A DNA stretch of 64,000 nucleotides from Eledone cirrhosa (lineage: Eukaryota): assembly GCA_964016885.1 (NCBI GenBank), contig OZ024746.1:20398001-20462000 (forward strand), in the 5' to 3' direction. Under the pieces are notes generated by a model that saw nothing but the letters and a program-made list of their open reading frames with translations, had not been told where the DNA came from and made no database searches. Below, in pieces: positions 60,601 through 64,000 of this stretch; positions within the stretch are counted from its first letter, which is position 1, and each line of letters begins with the position of its first letter. The position numbers and the translations under genes were made by a program.

Positions 60601-61541
60601 GGTTCGACTATTTCGCAATGTATGAATGTGTGTATATATATATATATATACAGTTGAAAATTGCAAACTCGACTGTCACCACATATCATGAACCTGAAGA
60701 TTGCGAAAGCATGAAAGTACTTGTTCAATTAACACTTAGAATTTAATATTCTATCATACTATTTCATTATAATACCATTATATATTTTAAAGGATTGTAA
60801 ATAAAACGAGTAAATCAGACAAAGTTGGAATTCCTCTTATTATTATATATATATATATACACATACATACAGATGTACGTATTGTATATTTAATATACGG
60901 GATGCTTATGAAAACATTTGGAAGGCCATTCGCTATGAATTTTAAGGTTGTGACAATCGCTATGTTAGAGCACCAATAAAAAAAAAAATATATATAGGTT
61001 TACGAAGCTAGTAGAAGAGAATCGGTGCAGCTTCGGTTGTTTCTTACTCACTCAATGATATAATCAGGTTTGTTTTATTAGAAATACTAACCAATTACTC
61101 AGTGCTAACATTCGTTAATCATTAAGATTACACACACACACACATTATATATATATATATATATATATAATGTACTACAGTTCATGGGCAGTAGTAAAAC
61201 ATAGCAGTTGTTACAAGATCCATTAAAATATACTCATTGCATGTGTGGTACATATATACGTTAATGCTTAGAAATGAAGAAAACAAGTTCGTTAGAATTT
61301 ACTGTGTTTCTACTAAATTCCCCAGGTTATTTCACATTATTTTTGTACGTGTTTACATTCTACAGAATTCCACCGAAATATGATTCACTCACCCTAAGTC
61401 AAAACTTTCAACACTGTAGTAAAATAAAAAATAAATACGTTTAAAAGTACTCACCGGGTAGCCACCTATTTTATTGATAAAAGAAGATGTCTTAGTTGAT
61501 TTCGGAATAACAGCATCTTTGACACCTAAAAGAACTGACAT
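57699..61541 (-). CDS. PDCD2L: Programmed cell death protein 2-like (PDCD2L/Tsr4-family uS5 chaperone), complete, 7 exons, ~362 aa
   Basis: Minus-strand exons 61541-61455 (MSVLLGVKDAVIP...NKIGGYP), 60446-60286 (PKCDLCQQPMCQIVQIYCPLVQSSYHRTLHVLSCINTTC), 59936-59667 (WKIFREQ...), 58871-58680, 58591-58472 (ESYEKTDVQHGNRTFYKFYKIISKWPEQCVR), 58157-58015 (YELGGKP...CQYCGANRQFEFQLMPALV), 57814-57699 (VEFGTVIAFTCSQSCW...TAG). All GT-AG and in phase; PDCD2_C motif present and no MYND finger, hence PDCD2L rather than PDCD2. Confidence 0.93.
60050..60227. mobile_element. Mariner-derived MITE with TA target duplication
   Basis: TA|cgagggt...accctcg|TA termini, located in PDCD2L intron 2. Confidence 0.75.
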
Positions 61542-62429
61542 ATTTGTCTTCGAAAGGTGCACATGTGCTAGTAAGATAAAATAAAACGCGTGAAAGATAG
61601 CTTAATGCTATATACTGTTTAAATAACAACAAAAATATAACTAAATATAATTACATGTGTGAAGATGATTATAGAACTCTTCAAAACAGGAGAGTTCAAC
61701 ACTCACACTCTCTAGGCTCATTTGTTGATCACCCTTATCTGAATCTCATTGCCGATGTCCGTATAATAATACGAAACATACGTCAAAATGGATAGAAGAT
61801 ACAAACAGAAATACACAAAAGAATATATGTAACATATTAGACAGCCGGCCCTCCTCACCAAGCTAGCCCGATGAGGAGGGTCGCTAGAAACCTCGCTAGA
61901 CAAAGGGGACGTATTGTCTCAGCAAGACAAAAGGACGGACGAACTCAGCATACAATTAATGACTGCTTAAGTATAGTCAAGGTATTACATTGGAAAATTT
62001 CCACAAGAATGCTTCATAGGAAGTTGCGACCCATGCTATATGCTGTCAAAGCGGGAGTTAAACTTGTTCAAAAGTATCAGCCATAGCAGTTGGTGGTCTG
62101 ATGCGTCACATTTTCCACTAAAATGCGGAGGCCTCCATATGTCGGTGCTAATTATTCTTTTGCGTCACTCTCATCTATGTAATACATATCGATTCCATCT
62201 CCTCTATCTTCTTCAGCTATGTGAAACAGGCTTGCACGGGGCCACTGGCTGAAAATTTAATCGAGATATATCTAGGTATAATATATTATTTATGGTAGAA
62301 AAAAAAATGAATAGATAAATAAAATAAAATATTGAACCCTTTAAATATTGTGGGACCCCTGGTTACAGCCCAGCCAGCTCCTCTCCCCCCTCCAATCTAT
62401 CACTTTTTACATTTAATAGTTAATTAAGA

Positions 62430-63445
62430 CAAAACTCCATGGGAAATTGGACAGAAGCCCACTTCTACCATGCAAGTGTTTTGATTCTTAACTTTTTACA
62501 CTTTAAAGCTGGGCTACATTCAGGCATGTCTTTCTGCTGACACCATTTTTTCCATTGCCTGAGATCGTACCTGACCCCAAAGGCTAGTGATTAGGTGATT
62601 AGGCTTTTAAAGCCATGTCACCTTGCGACAGATTCTTGCTGTAAGAAGAGAAATTTAAGCCCTATAAAGTTAACTTTTGTTCCTTCTTGACTAGATCCAC
62701 CTGGAACTCTTACCAGCTGCTTTTGCTGTTGTCTTTATGGCTCTGGTCCTATTCTTCCCAGAAATCGATAGCTGTGTTTTTATGAGATAGGTGAATTTGC
62801 CTACAATAGCCACACTCCGACCTTTATGGTAAAAACTTTTAGAAACTCGATTGCCTCCAGCTGCTGACTAGATAGGTATGCTTCTCAGTCGTGTAGATAT
62901 AGGCTTTTTCCATTCAGCTTTCATATGGCACCGTGAATTCAATCAGAATAAATTGATTTGATTAGTAGGAATGTATTACCGTATGCGGTTTATATCACTT
63001 ATGCCGATGGTCTCTCACTGTTTCTATTCTGGAATATCTTCTGTGCACTCCTAGTAATTGGATCAACCTGGATCAACTGCACCATGTAGGAGTGCAGTTG
63101 ATCCAGGCCATAATTTGCTGCCTCCTTTTGAGGCAATCCAGTAAAGAACGTTGCCGGGTCTTATGGTGATGTTTTTCATCTGACAGTCGTAATCACACTA
63201 GTGATCTCTTTAAACAATCTAGCTGTGCCTCCCTTGGGGGAGTTCCACTGTTTGTCTGCCATAGAAGATATTGGCACTTGAGGGTAAGAAATCATAAGCA
63301 AATGTACGGATGAAACTGATTCTAACAGGGGCCATATGTCATATGACATTCCAGTATCTTTGGAGTACTCCTTTCCACGTTATCCACTGCTCTATAGACG
63401 CTGCTGAATCGCCTTCTTTTGTGATCATCTTCCGTCTCCTGCAAC
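62430..63445 (-). mobile_element. Degenerate Hero-like (REL endonuclease) non-LTR retrotransposon 3' fragment
   Basis: Broken minus-strand frames give KAIQQR...QWITWKGVLQR..WNVI*HMAPVRISFI...YDFLPSSANI, KPHTVIHS..SNQFILIEFTVPYES*MEKAYIY..EK and SSRWI. These match the RPD...IELTVPWE...K..KY restriction-like endonuclease region of Hero-type elements as I recall it. Confidence 0.65.
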
Positions 63446-63600
63446 ACCACGCCGTCATTTATTTAATGATATAGACACTGTTTACACATACACACACACA
63501 TATTTGTATGATTCATTGGAGAATCCACAAGTCTGATGAGCTATCGATCCCAGCGTCTGGGGCGATCAATAATGATCGAACCTTCAGTTGATCGATCGCG

Positions 63601-63775
63601 AAACATAATTGGTTCTACTTTTGGCACAAGGCCAGCAACATTACTGGTACTTTATTTTATCGACCCTGTGAGGATGAAAGGCAAAGTTAACCTCAGATCG
63701 TAAAGGGACGTAACTATGCTGGAAAGCATGTTCGACCCTCTACCGATACCGCCAATTCACCGAATAAACATAATT
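63601..63775 (-). mobile_element. tRNA-SINE (reverse orientation) with 10-bp TSD AAACATAATT
   Basis: TSD at 63601-63610 and 63766-63775; the body is the reverse complement of the 55331 SINE family. Confidence 0.8.
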
Positions 63776-64000
63776 ATGCTATATTGATACTTCGTTCCTG
63801 CTCCTTATTATGATTATTAAATCCCGCCGAGGTTTCATCCTTAAGGGATCGATAAAATAAAGCACCACTGGGGTCGATTTAATCGACTTTCCTCTCCTCC
63901 AAGTTGCTGGCCTAGTGCCTGAATCAGAAACCATTATTATTATTATTATTATATATATTATTATATCTGAGTTCAAATCCCGCCGAGGTTAACTTTGCCT

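Overview
AT-rich eukaryotic (metazoan) genomic DNA. The SINE/LINE repertoire resembles that of octopod cephalopods; this is an inference from repeat similarity, not something the sequence proves. About 54 kb is one + strand gene, the HECT E3 ubiquitin ligase UBR5/EDD/hyd. I traced 45 GT-AG coding exons by hand from 767 to the stop at 54411-54413, with consistent phases and about 2905 codons; the N-terminus lies upstream of the window. A complete 7-exon PDCD2L gene (about 362 aa, 61541->57699) lies convergently on the - strand. Introns are packed with transposon remnants: mariner, Helitron, piggyBac-like MITE, RTE-type and Hero-type LINEs, Penelope, tRNA-SINEs and minisatellites. Most short ORFs in the track are exon fragments or repeat artefacts. 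I cannot demonstrate a new biological system. The best leads are a 5'-inverted (twin-priming-like) LINE with a perfect 12-bp TSD, hammerhead-core-like motifs with an expanded branched stem II, a stop-containing candidate micro-exon in PDCD2L intron 1, a perfect 24-bp intronic hairpin, and large Gly/Ala and Ser/Thr/Gln expansions in UBR5.
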